DNA of 64,000 nt, taken from contig CAWFSF010000002.1 in the NCBI GenBank assembly GCA_963818475.1, positions 288,001 to 352,000 of the forward strand, read 5' to 3'. Shown here piece after piece: positions 19,746 to 31,100 of the stretch. The notes beneath the pieces were generated by a model. The model was not told the DNA's origin and did not search any database. It saw only the letters and a list, made by a program, of their open reading frames with translations. Source of the DNA: Nitrospirota bacterium (GTDB lineage: Bacteria; Nitrospirota; UBA9217). The first letter of the stretch is position 1. Each line of letters opens with the position of its first letter. The translations under genes were made by a program, and so were the position numbers.

Positions 19746-21092
19746 TCAGGCGAGGTTGTACTTTTTGAGCTTCTCGTGCAGCGTGGACCGCGACATGCCG
19801 AGGATCTTTGCGGCGGTGCTGCGGTTGCCCCCCTCTGCATGCAATACCTTGAGAATATATTCCCGCTCCATCTCCGCCAGCGGCCGATAGCCTTCGCTGC
19901 CGGCCTGCCTCCCTGCATCGCCCCTGTCGCGCTCTTCACCGGTGATCTCCCGCGGCAGGAGGTCGACCGGGACCAGGCTGCTGCGCGACAGCACTATGGC
20001 ACGCTCGACGATGTTCTTGAGCTCCCGAACGTTCCCCGGCCAGGCATAGGCCTGCATAAGCTCCAGCGCCCGGGGAGAGAAACCGGTGACGTGCTGCTTC
20101 AACGTGGCGTTGAACTGCCGCACGAAATAATCGATCAGCACCGGAATATCCTCGGGGCGTTCGCGCAGCGGCGGCATGGTCACAGGGAAGACCTTGAGCC
20201 GGTAGTAGAGGTCCTCGCGGAAACGCCCTTCCGCCACAGCCCGCTCCAGGTCCCGGTTGGTCGCCGCGATGACGCGCACATTGACCGCAATGTCCCGCGT
20301 GCCGCCCACCCGTTTGAAGCGCTGCGTTTCGAGCACGCGGAGCAGCTTCGGCTGAACTGCCAGCGGCATATCGCCCACCTCATCGAGCAGCACCGTGCCG
20401 CCGTCAGCCACCTCGAAGAGGCCCTGCTTCTGCTCCCGCGCATCCGTGAAGGCCCCCCGCTCATGGCCGAACATCTCGCTCTCCAGCAGCGTCTCCGAGA
20501 GCACGGCGCAGTTGATATCGAGGAACGGCCGGTCGCTCCGTGCACTCCTTCGATGGATCTCCCGTGCCGCCAGTTCCTTGCCCGTGCCGCTTTCGCCGAG
20601 CAGCAGGGTTGTCGTCTCGGCATTCTCGGCCATCAGATCGATCATATGGTGCAGTGTCTGGATCGCCATGGACGTGCCGACCAGGGGGTGGTCCAGCAGC
20701 TGCCGGTAGTAGCGGTTCTCGATCCGCAGTTTCCGCGTCTCGAGGATCCGGTTGATCAGCGCCGACAGCTCGAGGAGCTGGGCCGGTTTGGTGAGATACT
20801 GCTCGGCGCCGAGCTTGATCGCCTCGACCGCGTTCCCGATGGAACCCCAGCCGGTCATGACCACCACCGATGCCCGGCATCCCTGATCTTTCAGACGCCG
20901 CAGCACATCGAGCCCGGCCATGTCCGGAAGCTTCATGTCAAGCAGGACCACATCCGGCGCAAAGCTCTCGGCAAGCGTAAGCGCATCGCTCCCGGTCTCC
21001 GCGTGCGCTGCGTCCCAGTTCAGCGATTTGAAGTAATGGAGCAGCGGCGTTATTACGGGGCGTTCGTCGTCTACCAGCAGGATCCTCGGCAT
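19746..21092 (-). CDS. Sigma-54-dependent response regulator (REC-AAA+-Fis HTH, NtrC/AtoC family)
   Basis: LLVDDE/LLDMKLP receiver; GESGTGKE, ESEMFGHERGAFTDA, LLDEVG, FREDLYYRL, WPGNVREL; C-terminal GNRSTAAKILGMSRSTL. Confidence 0.95.
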   Translation of the reverse strand: MPRILLVDDERPVITPLLHYFKSLNWDAAHAETGSDALTLAESFAPDVVLLDMKLPDMAGLDVLRRLKDQGCRASVVVMTGWGSIGNAVEAIKLGAEQYLTKPAQLLELSALINRILETRKLRIENRYYRQLLDHPLVGTSMAIQTLHHMIDLMAENAETTTLLLGESGTGKELAAREIHRRSARSDRPFLDINCAVLSETLLESEMFGHERGAFTDAREQKQGLFEVADGGTVLLDEVGDMPLAVQPKLLRVLETQRFKRVGGTRDIAVNVRVIAATNRDLERAVAEGRFREDLYYRLKVFPVTMPPLRERPEDIPVLIDYFVRQFNATLKQHVTGFSPRALELMQAYAWPGNVRELKNIVERAIVLSRSSLVPVDLLPREITGEERDRGDAGRQAGSEGYRPLAEMEREYILKVLHAEGGNRSTAAKILGMSRSTLHEKLKKYNLA

Positions 21093-21429
21093 ACTGCGCG
21101 TTCTGCTCCTTTCCTAACGGAATCGCTGACCCGGACAGGCTGCGGACCGACTTGCTCTGCTCGTTACAATCCCTGAGCCGCGAAAGCCGGGTGAAAAAAG
21201 ACCCGGGGTCTTTTCATGTTTTTTCCGCACATTTTTCGCGTACTTTCGGGGACACGGTATTGATACTATACCAGCCCAGCCGGAGGGTCAACCAGAAAAA
21301 CATGGTGTGCGGCATCGCGGGCGAGCACCCTTGCTCATAAAAAAACCGGGGCCCGCTAATGATTAGAAGAAATCTGCAATTGCGAAAGGTTGAAATACTA
21401 TGATAAGTTATCGCCTCGGGAAAAGCATT

Positions 21430-21465
21430 TGATTATTTTTTAAGCACATGCCTATTTTGTTATCA
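21430..21465. promoter_or_regulatory. Tandem 17-bp NtrC-like boxes upstream of type III glutamine synthetase
   Basis: TGATTATTTTTTAAGCA-ca-TGCCTATTTTGTTATCA; same 17-2-17 layout upstream of glnB. Confidence 0.55.
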
Positions 21466-21593
21466 CTGTTCATTTAAAATATGGCTTTTCCCCACGCAGG
21501 GTCAGCTGAGTTAGAGCGGTTCTTTTTTTAGAACGGTCAATATTACAAACTGTTAACTTTGCCTACGGCTTGCACTCTCCATATTCATAAAAT

Positions 21594-21609
21594 GGGCACA
21601 TATATTGCT
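21594..21609 (+). promoter_or_regulatory. Sigma-54 -24/-12 promoter candidate for type III glutamine synthetase
   Basis: GGGCAC-ATATA-TTGCT; GG-N10-GC spacing exact. Confidence 0.65.
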
Positions 21610-21718
21610 TTTATATGGGAGTTGTCTTTGAAGCAATAATCTGCTAAAACTACTAAAACTAATTGCAGCTCCAAGAGCTGTATAAATCCACAACACAACG
21701 ACAAGGAGCGAGAACAAA

Positions 21719-23806
21719 ATGGAGATTTTCGGTAAGAATGTATTCAATCAAGAGGTAATGAGAGAAAAACTGCCAAAGGCTGTTTACAAAAATCTGAAAA
21801 AAACCATAGATGAAGGTTTGCCGCTGGACCCGTCCATTGCCGATGTGGTTGCTACCGCCATGAAAGATTGGGCTGTTGAAAGAGGCGCAACACATTTCAC
21901 CCATTGGTTCCAGCCGATGACCGGTATCACCGCGGAAAAGCATGACTCGTTCATCACACCGACCGACAATGGTATCTTAATGGAGTTCTCAGGCAAAGAG
22001 CTGATCAAGGGCGAGCCGGATGCATCCTCCTTCCCGAGCGGCGGTTTGAGATCAACATTCGAAGCCAGGGGCTATACTGCCTGGGACTGCACTTCTCCCG
22101 CATTCCTGAGGGAAGAAGCGGATGTCATTACACTCTGCATCCCTACCGCCTTCTGTTCCTATACCGGCGAGGCGCTGGACAAGAAGACTCCACTGCTTCG
22201 CTCCATGGAGGCAATTTCGACCCAGGCGATGCGGATGCTCAGACTCTTCGGGAACACGAGTGCAACAAGGGTAACGTCAACCGTCGGCCCTGAGCAGGAA
22301 TATTTCCTGATCGATAAGTCCTATTTCCTCGACAGGCTCGACCTGCTTTTGGCCGGCAGGACGCTGTTCGGCGCCATGCCCCCCAAGGGGCAGGAGATGG
22401 AAGATCACTATTTCGGCAGCATCAAGGAAAGAGTTATTTCCTACATGAAGGAAGTCAATACCGAGCTCTGGAAGCTTGGCGTTACCGCCAAAACCCAGCA
22501 CAACGAGGTTGCCCCCGGACAGTTTGAACTCGCCCCGATCTTCGAAACGACCAACATTGCAACCGACCACAATCAGATGGTTATGGATGTGCTCAAGCGC
22601 ATCGCGATCAGGCATGATATGATCTGTCTGCTGCATGAAAAACCGTTTGCCGGCGTGAACGGCTCCGGCAAGCACAACAACTGGTCCATGAGCTCCAATG
22701 ACGGACAGAATCTGCTCGAGCCGGGTCACACCCCGCACGATAATATGCAGTTCCTGACCTTCCTGATGGCCACCATCAAGGCTGTTGATGAGCATGCCGG
22801 GCTGCTGCGGGTGTCCTGCGCGAATGCGGGCAACGACCACCGTCTGGGCGCGAATGAGGCGCCTCCGGCCATCATCTCCATGTTCCTTGGCGACCAGCTT
22901 GCCGACATCGTCGATCAGATCGAAAAAGGCGGGGCAAAATCCTCCACCAAGAGCGGGGAAATGAAGATCGGCGTGACGACGCTCCCCGCACTGCCGAAGG
23001 ACACGACCGACCGAAACAGGACCTCTCCCTTCGCCTTTACCGGCAACAAGTTCGAGTTCCGGATGGTCGGCTCCTCCTTCTCCATCGCGGGCCCGAATGT
23101 CGTTATCAACACCATCATTGCTGATGCACTCAAGCAATTTGCCGACAAACTGGAAAAATCGAAGGATTTCTCCGGCGACCTGCAGAAGCTGCTTCAGGAG
23201 ACCGCCAAGAAACACAAGCGCATCATCTTCAACGGCAACAACTATTCCGATGCATGGGTCAAGGAAGCCGAGAAGCGCGGCCTGAAGAATATCCCGAACA
23301 CCCCCGAAGCGCTCAAGGAGCTGGTGACGAAGGAAGCGGTCGAGCTGTTCGCTACCCACAAGGTCTTCACGGAAAAGGAAATTCATTCCCGCTACGAGAT
23401 CATGGTCGAGCAGTATATCAAGACCCTCAATATAGAAGCCCTGACCATGATCGACATGGCCAAGCACAGCATCATGCCTGCCGCCACTTCCTTTGCAACG
23501 GAAGTCGCCCAGTCTCTTTCCGCGGTTGCCGCCGTATCCGATAAGATCGATGTGTCAGCCCAGAGAGAGCTGCTGGAAAATATCTCCAACAAACTGTCCT
23601 CGATGAACAAGAACGTCAAGGCGCTTGAGAAGACCCTTGATACCACGTTGAAGATCTCTGACGTCGCTGAACAGGCCGCTGCTTTCAGGAAAAACGTGTT
23701 CGCCCAAATGCTCGCATTGCGAGCGGACGGCGATGCACTGGAAAAGATCATTTCCGCGGATCAGTGGCCTCTGCCGACCTATGCGGAAATGCTGTTCAAC
23801 CTCTAA
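21719..23806 (+). CDS. glnN: Glutamine synthetase type III
   Basis: 695 aa; [91 protein letters not shown]. Confidence 0.97.
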   Translation: MEIFGKNVFNQEVMREKLPKAVYKNLKKTIDEGLPLDPSIADVVATAMKDWAVERGATHFTHWFQPMTGITAEKHDSFITPTDNGILMEFSGKELIKGEPDASSFPSGGLRSTFEARGYTAWDCTSPAFLREEADVITLCIPTAFCSYTGEALDKKTPLLRSMEAISTQAMRMLRLFGNTSATRVTSTVGPEQEYFLIDKSYFLDRLDLLLAGRTLFGAMPPKGQEMEDHYFGSIKERVISYMKEVNTELWKLGVTAKTQHNEVAPGQFELAPIFETTNIATDHNQMVMDVLKRIAIRHDMICLLHEKPFAGVNGSGKHNNWSMSSNDGQNLLEPGHTPHDNMQFLTFLMATIKAVDEHAGLLRVSCANAGNDHRLGANEAPPAIISMFLGDQLADIVDQIEKGGAKSSTKSGEMKIGVTTLPALPKDTTDRNRTSPFAFTGNKFEFRMVGSSFSIAGPNVVINTIIADALKQFADKLEKSKDFSGDLQKLLQETAKKHKRIIFNGNNYSDAWVKEAEKRGLKNIPNTPEALKELVTKEAVELFATHKVFTEKEIHSRYEIMVEQYIKTLNIEALTMIDMAKHSIMPAATSFATEVAQSLSAVAAVSDKIDVSAQRELLENISNKLSSMNKNVKALEKTLDTTLKISDVAEQAAAFRKNVFAQMLALRADGDALEKIISADQWPLPTYAEMLFNL

Positions 23807-23833
23807 AACTCTGCAACAAACAGATGCGAACAC

Positions 23834-23866
23834 AAAAAGGAGCCCTGAAATCAGGGCTCCTTTTTT
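23834..23866 (+). terminator. Intrinsic (bidirectional-type) terminator after glnN
   Basis: aaaaaggagccctga-aa-tcagggctcctttttt. Confidence 0.85.
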
Positions 23867-23986
23867 ATTGCTATTCTCCTGCGTCTGGATCGTGATACGC
23901 ATCGACAGCGCCCCTATTGAAATTGCCCTTGTTATTATAACGCTATGTGTTACACTGTTCCTCATGATTGTGAACTTCGGCGACAT

Positions 23987-24227
23987 GAAGTGATTGACTA
24001 TCATTAAGGAGAGTATCACGATGTTTCAAGTAAAGAGACCCCCGACGCATCCCGGCGTAATATTGAAAGAAGATTTCCTGTCGCCTCTCGGGACCACGCA
24101 GACCGAGCTTGCGAAGGCGCTCAAGACTTCCTTTCGGACCATCAACGAAATCCTGAACGAGAAACGGAGCATAAGCCCGGACATGGCGCTTCGTCTGTCC
24201 CGTTATTTCGGGACCACGCCGGAATAG
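23987..24227 (+). pseudogene. higA: Remnant higBA locus: last codons of a HigB-like toxin (EVIDYH*, 23987-24007) and a C-terminally truncated HigA antitoxin (24021-24227)
   Basis: PTHPGVILKEDFL..TQTELAKAL..INEILNEKRSISPDMALRLSRYFGTTPE then stop where FWxNLQ normally follows; DYH* is the usual HigB terminus. Confidence 0.75.
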
Positions 24228-24277
24228 GTTAAGAACTTTCACCGCTGAGGGCGCGAAGAGCGCAGAGGAAAAAGAGA

Positions 24278-24540
24278 ATGAAAGATAAGTCTCTTGCCAT
24301 TTTTGAAAACTACAACATCCGCAGAATCTACGATGAGGAAGCGGAAACCTGGTATTTCTCCGTTGTGGACATCATGCAGGCCTTGATCCAGCAACCCGAT
24401 TATCAAACTGCGCGGAAATACTGGAACAAGCTGAAGGAGAGGCTGAAAAGAGGGCAGCAAGTCGGTGACAAATTGTCACCGACTCAAGCTGGAGGCGGCC
24501 GACGGGAAAAAATATATGACCGATGTCGCTCTCAACGCAT
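24278..24540 (+). pseudogene. BRO-N domain protein fragment (frameshifted, truncated)
   Basis: FENYNIRRIYDEEAETWYFSVVDIMQAL..RKYWNKLKERL, then in another frame VTNCHRLKLEAADGKKYMTDVA, after which similarity stops. Confidence 0.75.
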
Positions 24541-24689
24541 CAAACTTGCTAGACATGTTATCCTCCGTGAGACAAACATATCATTCGTCACTGCCAACTG
24601 TATGGCAGTCTAGAAAATAGCATTGTTCGGGATAAAATAACAAGGATATTGTTCATTTATCCTGCTAACAAGAATACATAGCCAACAAA

Positions 24690-24727
24690 TAAAAAGGGAC
24701 CTGGATGACCAGACCCCTTATGCCCGT
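24690..24727. repeat. 38-bp structured direct repeat, left copy
   Basis: taaaaag-N20-cttatgcccgt; second copy at 25471-25508. Confidence 0.6.
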
Positions 24728-24785
24728 ACTTTTTTCGTTGAAGCTGCTTGTCCAGCCTGCTTCAGGATGAAACCCACTCCAGGCT

Positions 24786-25073
24786 TTAAACCGTTCTCTT
24801 TGCCTTCAGCGTGATGAACAACTCGGCGTCCAGGGCGTTCGCGATCTTCTTGAGCGTTGCAAGATTCGGCAGGCCGTGGGTCAACCCCTCGATCCGGGCG
24901 ATTGTGGGCTGAGGCATGCCGGTTTTATCCGCGACATCCTGCTGCGTCATTTTCTTTTTCAGTCGCTGATTGATAATGCTCCGCGCCAGTTCGTACTCGG
25001 GCTGCATGTTTTCATGAGCGGCCTTAACCGTTTTGTCCTTGAGCAATTCTTTTCTGTGCGTTTTGTAGTTCAT
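24786..25073 (-). CDS. XRE/HTH antitoxin
   Basis: ELARSIINQRLKKKMTQQDVADKTGMPQPTIARIE..PNLATLKKIANAL; 4-bp overlap with the toxin stop. Confidence 0.9.
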   Translation of the reverse strand: MNYKTHRKELLKDKTVKAAHENMQPEYELARSIINQRLKKKMTQQDVADKTGMPQPTIARIEGLTHGLPNLATLKKIANALDAELFITLKAKRTV

Positions 25074-25435
25074 GATCCCGCCTGCCCCCTTCTTGAAAGG
25101 TATTCCTTCATCCGTTTTTCCGCTATCTCGATCTCACGGTGAGGCGTCTTGTCCGTCTTCTTCGTGAATCCGTGCAGGAGAACCAGCTTCCTGCCGGTAA
25201 ATGCAAAATAGAAAATGCGGTGTATGTTCTGTTTGTCCTTGATCCGTAGCTCGAAAAGCTTTCGCGTCCCGGTAATGGGCTTCACGTAGGGCTCCCGCAC
25301 ATTCAAGCCGTACTCGGTGAGAAGGTCCGCGATAAAGATAAACTTCGCCTTGCTGTCCGGCGAAAGAGCGTCGATGAACTCCTTTATCGGTGATCGGTCT
25401 CCATCGGAAACGAAATACTCTATCGCCCATTCCAT
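25070..25435 (-). CDS. RelE/ParE-family (Gp49/DUF891-like) toxin, toxin-first operon
   Basis: SPIKEFIDAL, EPYVKPI, LFELRI, RIFYF, LVLLHGFTKKTDKTP..EIEIAEKR. Confidence 0.92.
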   Translation of the reverse strand: MEWAIEYFVSDGDRSPIKEFIDALSPDSKAKFIFIADLLTEYGLNVREPYVKPITGTRKLFELRIKDKQNIHRIFYFAFTGRKLVLLHGFTKKTDKTPHREIEIAEKRMKEYLSRRGQAGS

Positions 25436-25444
25436 GACCCAGTA

Positions 25445-25462
25445 TATAGCATTAATGCTATA
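25445..25462. promoter_or_regulatory. Perfect 18-bp palindrome, likely antitoxin operator
   Basis: tatagcattaatgctata, about 10 bp upstream of the toxin ATG. Confidence 0.7.
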
Positions 25463-25470
25463 AGCGCAAG

Positions 25471-25508
25471 TAAAAAGACCTCCGGTTTCTCAGGGGTCTT
25501 ATGCCCGT
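25471..25508. repeat. 38-bp structured direct repeat, right copy
   Basis: taaaaag-N20-cttatgcccgt. Confidence 0.6.
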
Positions 25509-25622
25509 TTTATGCCCGTCAGACCGGAGAATCTGCCAAATTACCGTATCTACTGCCAAAAGCGAGCGAAGATAAGCCTTTATTTCCACAAGGATTACGT
25601 TGTATTATTGAGCATCTCGCAG

Positions 25623-26032
25623 AGCGGCCCGCTCCGTTAGTCTCGCTCTGCCTGAATGAAATTTTTGACCCGTCTAAGGCCACATCCGCTCGATCGCGCA
25701 AACTCGGCCTCCCCGACCTCGTCGGGACAGGTCGGCCTCAGACAGTGCGCGCTCACCCTTGCGGGACGCTTCTTTAGGCCAAGACGGGTGCACAAAAATT
25801 TCATAGGGCCGCTCCGTGGACATGCGGGGTTGGTTTAAAGACGTTTCACTAAAAGCTTCCCATGCGAAAATCTAGGCATGCGACCGAGTCCGTAGGGTTA
25901 AACATTTCAGACTGTCTGAGCCCGAAGGGCGAGTTTCTGAAATGTACCGAAGGACGACCGAGCATGCCGTTAAAGATTTCCGCCGGGTGCCCTTCTTTCG
26001 GTTACCTTTCTTGGGCAAGCAAGAAAGGTGAC
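25623..26032. repeat. Pair of long imperfect hairpin elements (REP/MITE-like)
   Basis: 25623-25813 bounded by agcggccc/gggccgct with inner atgaaattttt..cccgtct / agacggg..aaaaatttcat; 25875-25968 bounded by ggcatgc/gcatgcc; both carry an AAACTCG..CTCAGACA core in opposite orientations; extra hairpin 26001-26032. Confidence 0.65.
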
Positions 26033-26126
26033 AGAAAATGCGAAGAATGGCGTAAATACTGCTTAATAAATCATATAGGCGCTTGTTCACACCCACATGA
26101 AAGCCTGAAGACCCACATAATCTAAC

Positions 26127-26159
26127 AAAAAAACCGGGACCCCTGTTCGAGGTCCCGGT
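26127..26159 (-). terminator. Intrinsic terminator after glnA
   Basis: aaaaaaa-ccgggacc...ggtcccgg hairpin with U-tract on minus strand. Confidence 0.8.
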
Positions 26160-26186
26160 CGCTGGTGTTCACCTGGTTAGAGTGAT

Positions 26187-27603
26187 CTATATGTCGTAGT
26201 ACAGGAAGAACTCGTAGGGATGGGGCCGCAGACGGAGCGCGTCCACTTCCTTGGTCCGCTTGTAGTCGATCCACTTCTCGATGGCGTCCTTGGTGAACAC
26301 ATCGCCCTTCAGCAGGAAGCTGTGGTCCGCTTCGAGGTTGTCCAGCGCTTCTTCGAGCGAACCCGGCATGGACGGAACCGATGCCAGTTCTTCGGGCGCC
26401 ATATCGTAGATGTCCTTGTCCAGCGGCTGGCCCGGATCGATCTTGTTCTCGATGCCGTCGAGACCTGCCATCAGCATGGCCGCGAACGCGAGATAGGGGT
26501 TGCACGACGGGTCGGGGAAGCGGACCTCGACGCGCTTTGCTTTCGGATTGGCGCTGTACATGGGGATGCGGATCGAGGCCGAGCGGTTCCGGCTGGAGTA
26601 GGCCAGGTTCACCGGCGCTTCGAAGCCCGGGGTCAGACGCTTGTAGGAGTTCATGGTCGGGTTGGTGAAGGCCGCGATGACCTTCGCATGCTTCAGGATG
26701 CCGCCGATGTAGTGCAGCGCCATCTGGGACATGCCGGCATACTGGTCGCCGTGGAACAGGGGCTTGCCGCCCTTCCAGATGGACTGGTGGCAGTGCATGC
26801 CCGAGCCGTTGTCGCCGAAGAGCGGCTTCGGCATGAAGGTCACGGTCTTGTTGTGGCGCTTGGCCACGTTCTTGATGATGTACTTGAAATACATGACCTG
26901 GTCTGCGCACTTCACGAGCGGGATTGAAGCGGATGTCGATCTCGGCCTGGCCGGCGGTCGCCACTTCGTGGTGCTGACGCTCGACGTAGATGCCGACCTT
27001 CTGCATCTCCATGCACATCTCGGTGCGGATGTCCTCCTGGGAGTCGATGGGCGGCACCGGGAAGTAGCCTTCCTTGTGGCGCGGCTTGTAGCCGAGGTTC
27101 GGCTTTTCATCACGGCCGGTGTTCCAGACGCCTTCCGAGCTGTCGATGTGATAATAGCCTTCATGGGAGTTCTGATCAAAGCGGACGTCGTCGAAGATGA
27201 AGAATTCCGGCTCGGGGCCGAAGAAAGCGGTGTCGCCGATGCCGGTGGACTTGAGGTATGCCTCTGCTTTCTGGGCGATGAAGCGCGGGTCGCGGGAATA
27301 GCGCTCCTTGGTGATCGGGTCGACGATGTTGCAGATGAGCGAGAGCGTCGGGTACTGCGTGAAGGGGTCCATCACCGCGGTTTCCGGATCAGGCACGACC
27401 AGCATGTCGCTCGTGTGAATGGACTGCCAGCCGCGGATGCTGGAACCGTCGAACCCGAGGCCTTCCTCGAAGATGCCCTCGGTCAGCTCGTCGACCGGCA
27501 CGGAAAAGTGCTGCCAGAGCCCCGGGAAATCCATGAACTTGAAGTCCACCATTAAAGCCTTGTTGTCCTTTGCCATCTTTACTACGTCTTTCGGTGTCGC
27601 CAT
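26187..27603 (-). CDS. glnA: Glutamine synthetase type I (frameshift near 26925)
   Basis: [74 protein letters not shown]. Confidence 0.97.
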
Positions 27604-27687
27604 GTTGCTTCCTCCTCAAATGAGAATTTAGCGGTCAGGAGTCAGAGCAGAAGATTTCGCGTTCCCACTCGCTCCAGTATTCTTTCT

Positions 27688-28086
<399 letters not shown>

Positions 28087-28120
28087 TCAGCAGGTTATTT
28101 TCCGGGGAAATGGAGGCAGC

Positions 28121-28156
28121 TGCATTATATTTAATCAGCTGCACAAACTATAGGCA
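28121..28156. promoter_or_regulatory. Tandem 17-bp NtrC-like boxes upstream of glnB-glnA
   Basis: TGCATTATATTTAATCA-gc-TGCACAAACTATAGGCA (TGCAC-N7-GTGCA-like). Confidence 0.6.
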
Positions 28157-28158
28157 GG

Positions 28159-31100
28159 TCATTGTTTTACTTTCTCGTTTTTTCTGTTCTTTTCCTGGCG
28201 TTCGATCTTCTCTCCCTCCTGGAAGAACTTGGCGGAAATATCCCGCTCGATGTCGTTCTTCAGCTGGTCCATGGAAACGTACTGGCCTTGCTGGAGATCC
28301 TGGAGCTTCGAGGCTGCGTCACGATACCCCTGATTCGCATTGTATACTTCCTGGAACTCGGCGAGCGCGGACTCAACATCACCCGACCCCTGGTAGGCAA
28401 GACCGAGGTCGTAGTGCATATCAATGCGTTCGTCCGCGCTGCCGCGGTAGGTCATGGAATAGTTCAGGGCATTATTGAGCTCCGTGATCGCTCCCTGATA
28501 GTCCCCCTGCTCCATGTAGCAGAGCCCGAGCAGATAGCGGCTCTGCACGAATTTCGTCTCTCCCTCGGGCGTCAGAATGAACTCGGCAATGGCATCGTCA
28601 AGGAGCCCCATTTCCTTATAGGAAACACCGAGATTATAGTGCGTATCGGCATCCTGCTTCCCTTCCTGCGCCTCAACACCCTTCTTGAAGTCCTCAAAGA
28701 TATCATCCAGGGTCTGCTCCTCGGCCGCTGCTGCCGGCTGCGGCGAGACCGAAACGGTGCTCAACTCGTCCCTGAGTTCGGCAGCAAGATCGAAGAAATC
28801 GTCCGTAGGCGGCGCCGGTTTCGGGGCCGCTGCCGGCGTTGACATCTTGCCCAGCTCTTCGCCGAGATCGAAGTAATCCTCTTCTGCAGACGCGGCCGGC
28901 GGCGCAGGTGGCGCTGCTCGCCGATCATCCCTGGGAACTGCCGGCTTCGAGAACGGCGTTTTGGGCGGCGACGGCGCGGCCGCTCTCGGCGGCGCTGGTT
29001 TCAGTGTTTTTTCGAGGGGAGGGACAACAGCTGCCGGCCTCTTCGGCGGGACCGGCTTTTGCAGCGTCTGGATCTCCTGCATCAGGTTCCGGACCGCCTC
29101 TTCATCGGACTCGCTCGACGCGAGCTCACCGTCGAGCGACCCTGACGGCATAAAATCCTCGAGGTCCTCGACCGCTTCGGCCAGCTGCGAAAACTCCTGC
29201 GATTCTTCGGCCTCGCGGGAGATCTCGGTCAACCGCGCGATGGCCCGCATGTCGCCGGGATTAAGCTGGATAATCCTGGCGTAGTGCTTCTTCGCCTCAT
29301 TGAACAGACCCTGCTGGTAGAAGAACTCCGCTTCGGCCCAGACCTCGCTGATATCGATATCTGCGAGCGGCTCCCCTCCGTCCAGGGATTCTTCTGCCGC
29401 TTCCGGTTCCGGCTGTTCTTCCTCGTAGGGCGGCTCTTCTTCAACAGGAGATGCGGCATAGGGCTGTTCCTGCCGTTGTGCGATGTCCGGGACATACTCG
29501 GTCCTCAGTTGCCTGGACAGTGGTTGCTCAACAGCGGGAGTTGCCTGAATGGGTGGCTTGTTGACCGGCGGCTCAACAGCGGGCTGTTCCACAGCCGGGG
29601 CCTCTTCATACTGCAGGGCCTCGTCAGGAGCGAAGTCGGTCATGAACGGCTCAGGCAGTTCCGGCGCTCCCAGCTCGATCGCCTCGCCGGGTGCTTCCGC
29701 GAGGCTGTCCATGGGCTCAACGTGCGCATCCAGACCGCCCAGATCAAAGTTCGCATGTTCAGACTGAAACGCCGGGTCTTCTGTCAGCAAATCGTCGGCA
29801 AAAACCGGCGGGGGCATCTCCTCCGTTTCAGCGGCAGCTGACGGAGCCAGGCCGAGGCGCGCTCGTATGGCCGTGCTTTCCGGGAACATCTCCAGAGCAG
29901 CACGGAGAGACATCTCCGCACGCTCGGACATGCCCTCGCGGTCGTACAGCGCTGCCAGTGCCAGCACATGCTCAACGGCCTTCCCGGCATTGCCCCCTTC
30001 CTGGTAGAGATCGCGCAAACGTGCATGTACCTGCGGACTGTTCGGAAAGCGCTCCGACAATCCCTCGAGCTGCTCGATCGCCTTTACCGCAAGGCCGTAT
30101 TTCATGAGCACTTCCACTTCGGCGAAAGCCTCGGTCAGGGCAGGGGGCGCTTCGAATGCGGACGGTTTTGCCGCTGCGGGTGCTGCGGGTGTTTCGGGTG
30201 CTTCGGGGCTGTCGGATGTTTCGAATGCTGCGGGCGCTTCGAGTGCTTCTATTGCTTCAGGCACTTCAGGTTCCGCAGCCGGAACGTGAGGCATCTCGAT
30301 CGCGGGAGCAGCAGGCCGCTGCAGGCTTTCGAGGCGGCTCTGCGCTCCGGCATGGGCCGGCGCCAGCCCGACGGCCCGGGCAAGAAGATTTTTGGCGCCT
30401 TCCCGGTCGCCGTCCTCGATCAGGATCTCAGCGGCCTGCACAAGCTCGTCAGCCGCATTGTTCGGCTTGCCGATGTTCTGATAGAATTCGGACAGCTTGC
30501 AGCGACCGTCAATGCTGCGGGGGTCTTCCGCAACAAATCCCTTCAGAATCTCTTCGGCGGCATCGAATTCCTTGCTCTCGATGCGGACGGCAGCTATGGC
30601 TCCTGCTTCGGACAGCGCCTTGTCAAAATCTTTTTTTGCGAGATAGAGGCGGTAGAGCTTGTCGCGCAGATCGATCCGTCCGGGGTCCTGGGACAGCAGC
30701 TTTTTATAGATCTCTTCAGCGTCGGCATCGCGTCCGGCCTTGGAAAGGGATTCAAGATACAGTTCGAGCAGTTCCTGGTTGGAGGGATCGGCATCGAAGG
30801 CAGGCTTGAGGGCCTTGCACGCGTCATTGAACTTGCCTTCCTTATGATAGATGACACCGGCCTTTTGGTAGACCGCCTTGTTGTCCGGATCGAGAGCGAG
30901 CACTTTCTGGAAGATCTCGCGGGCATCCGGGAAAGCGTTCTGGGACACATGGACATCGGCAGCAGCAAGATAGGCACGGGACGCTTCGTTCTTCATCCCC
31001 TCCTTGGCGTACATGTCCGCCAATCTGAGCCGGAGGGCGATGTCCGCCGGCTTCATGTCCGCCATTTTTTGTAAAATTTCGAGGGACTTGGCCACCTGCT

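Noticed and set aside
24660-25520. Classical integron attC sites around the TA module
   Set aside because: The ends are CTTATGC rather than GTTRRRY, no matching RYYYAAC box was found at the right distance and no integrase is present; kept only as an unexplained direct repeat.
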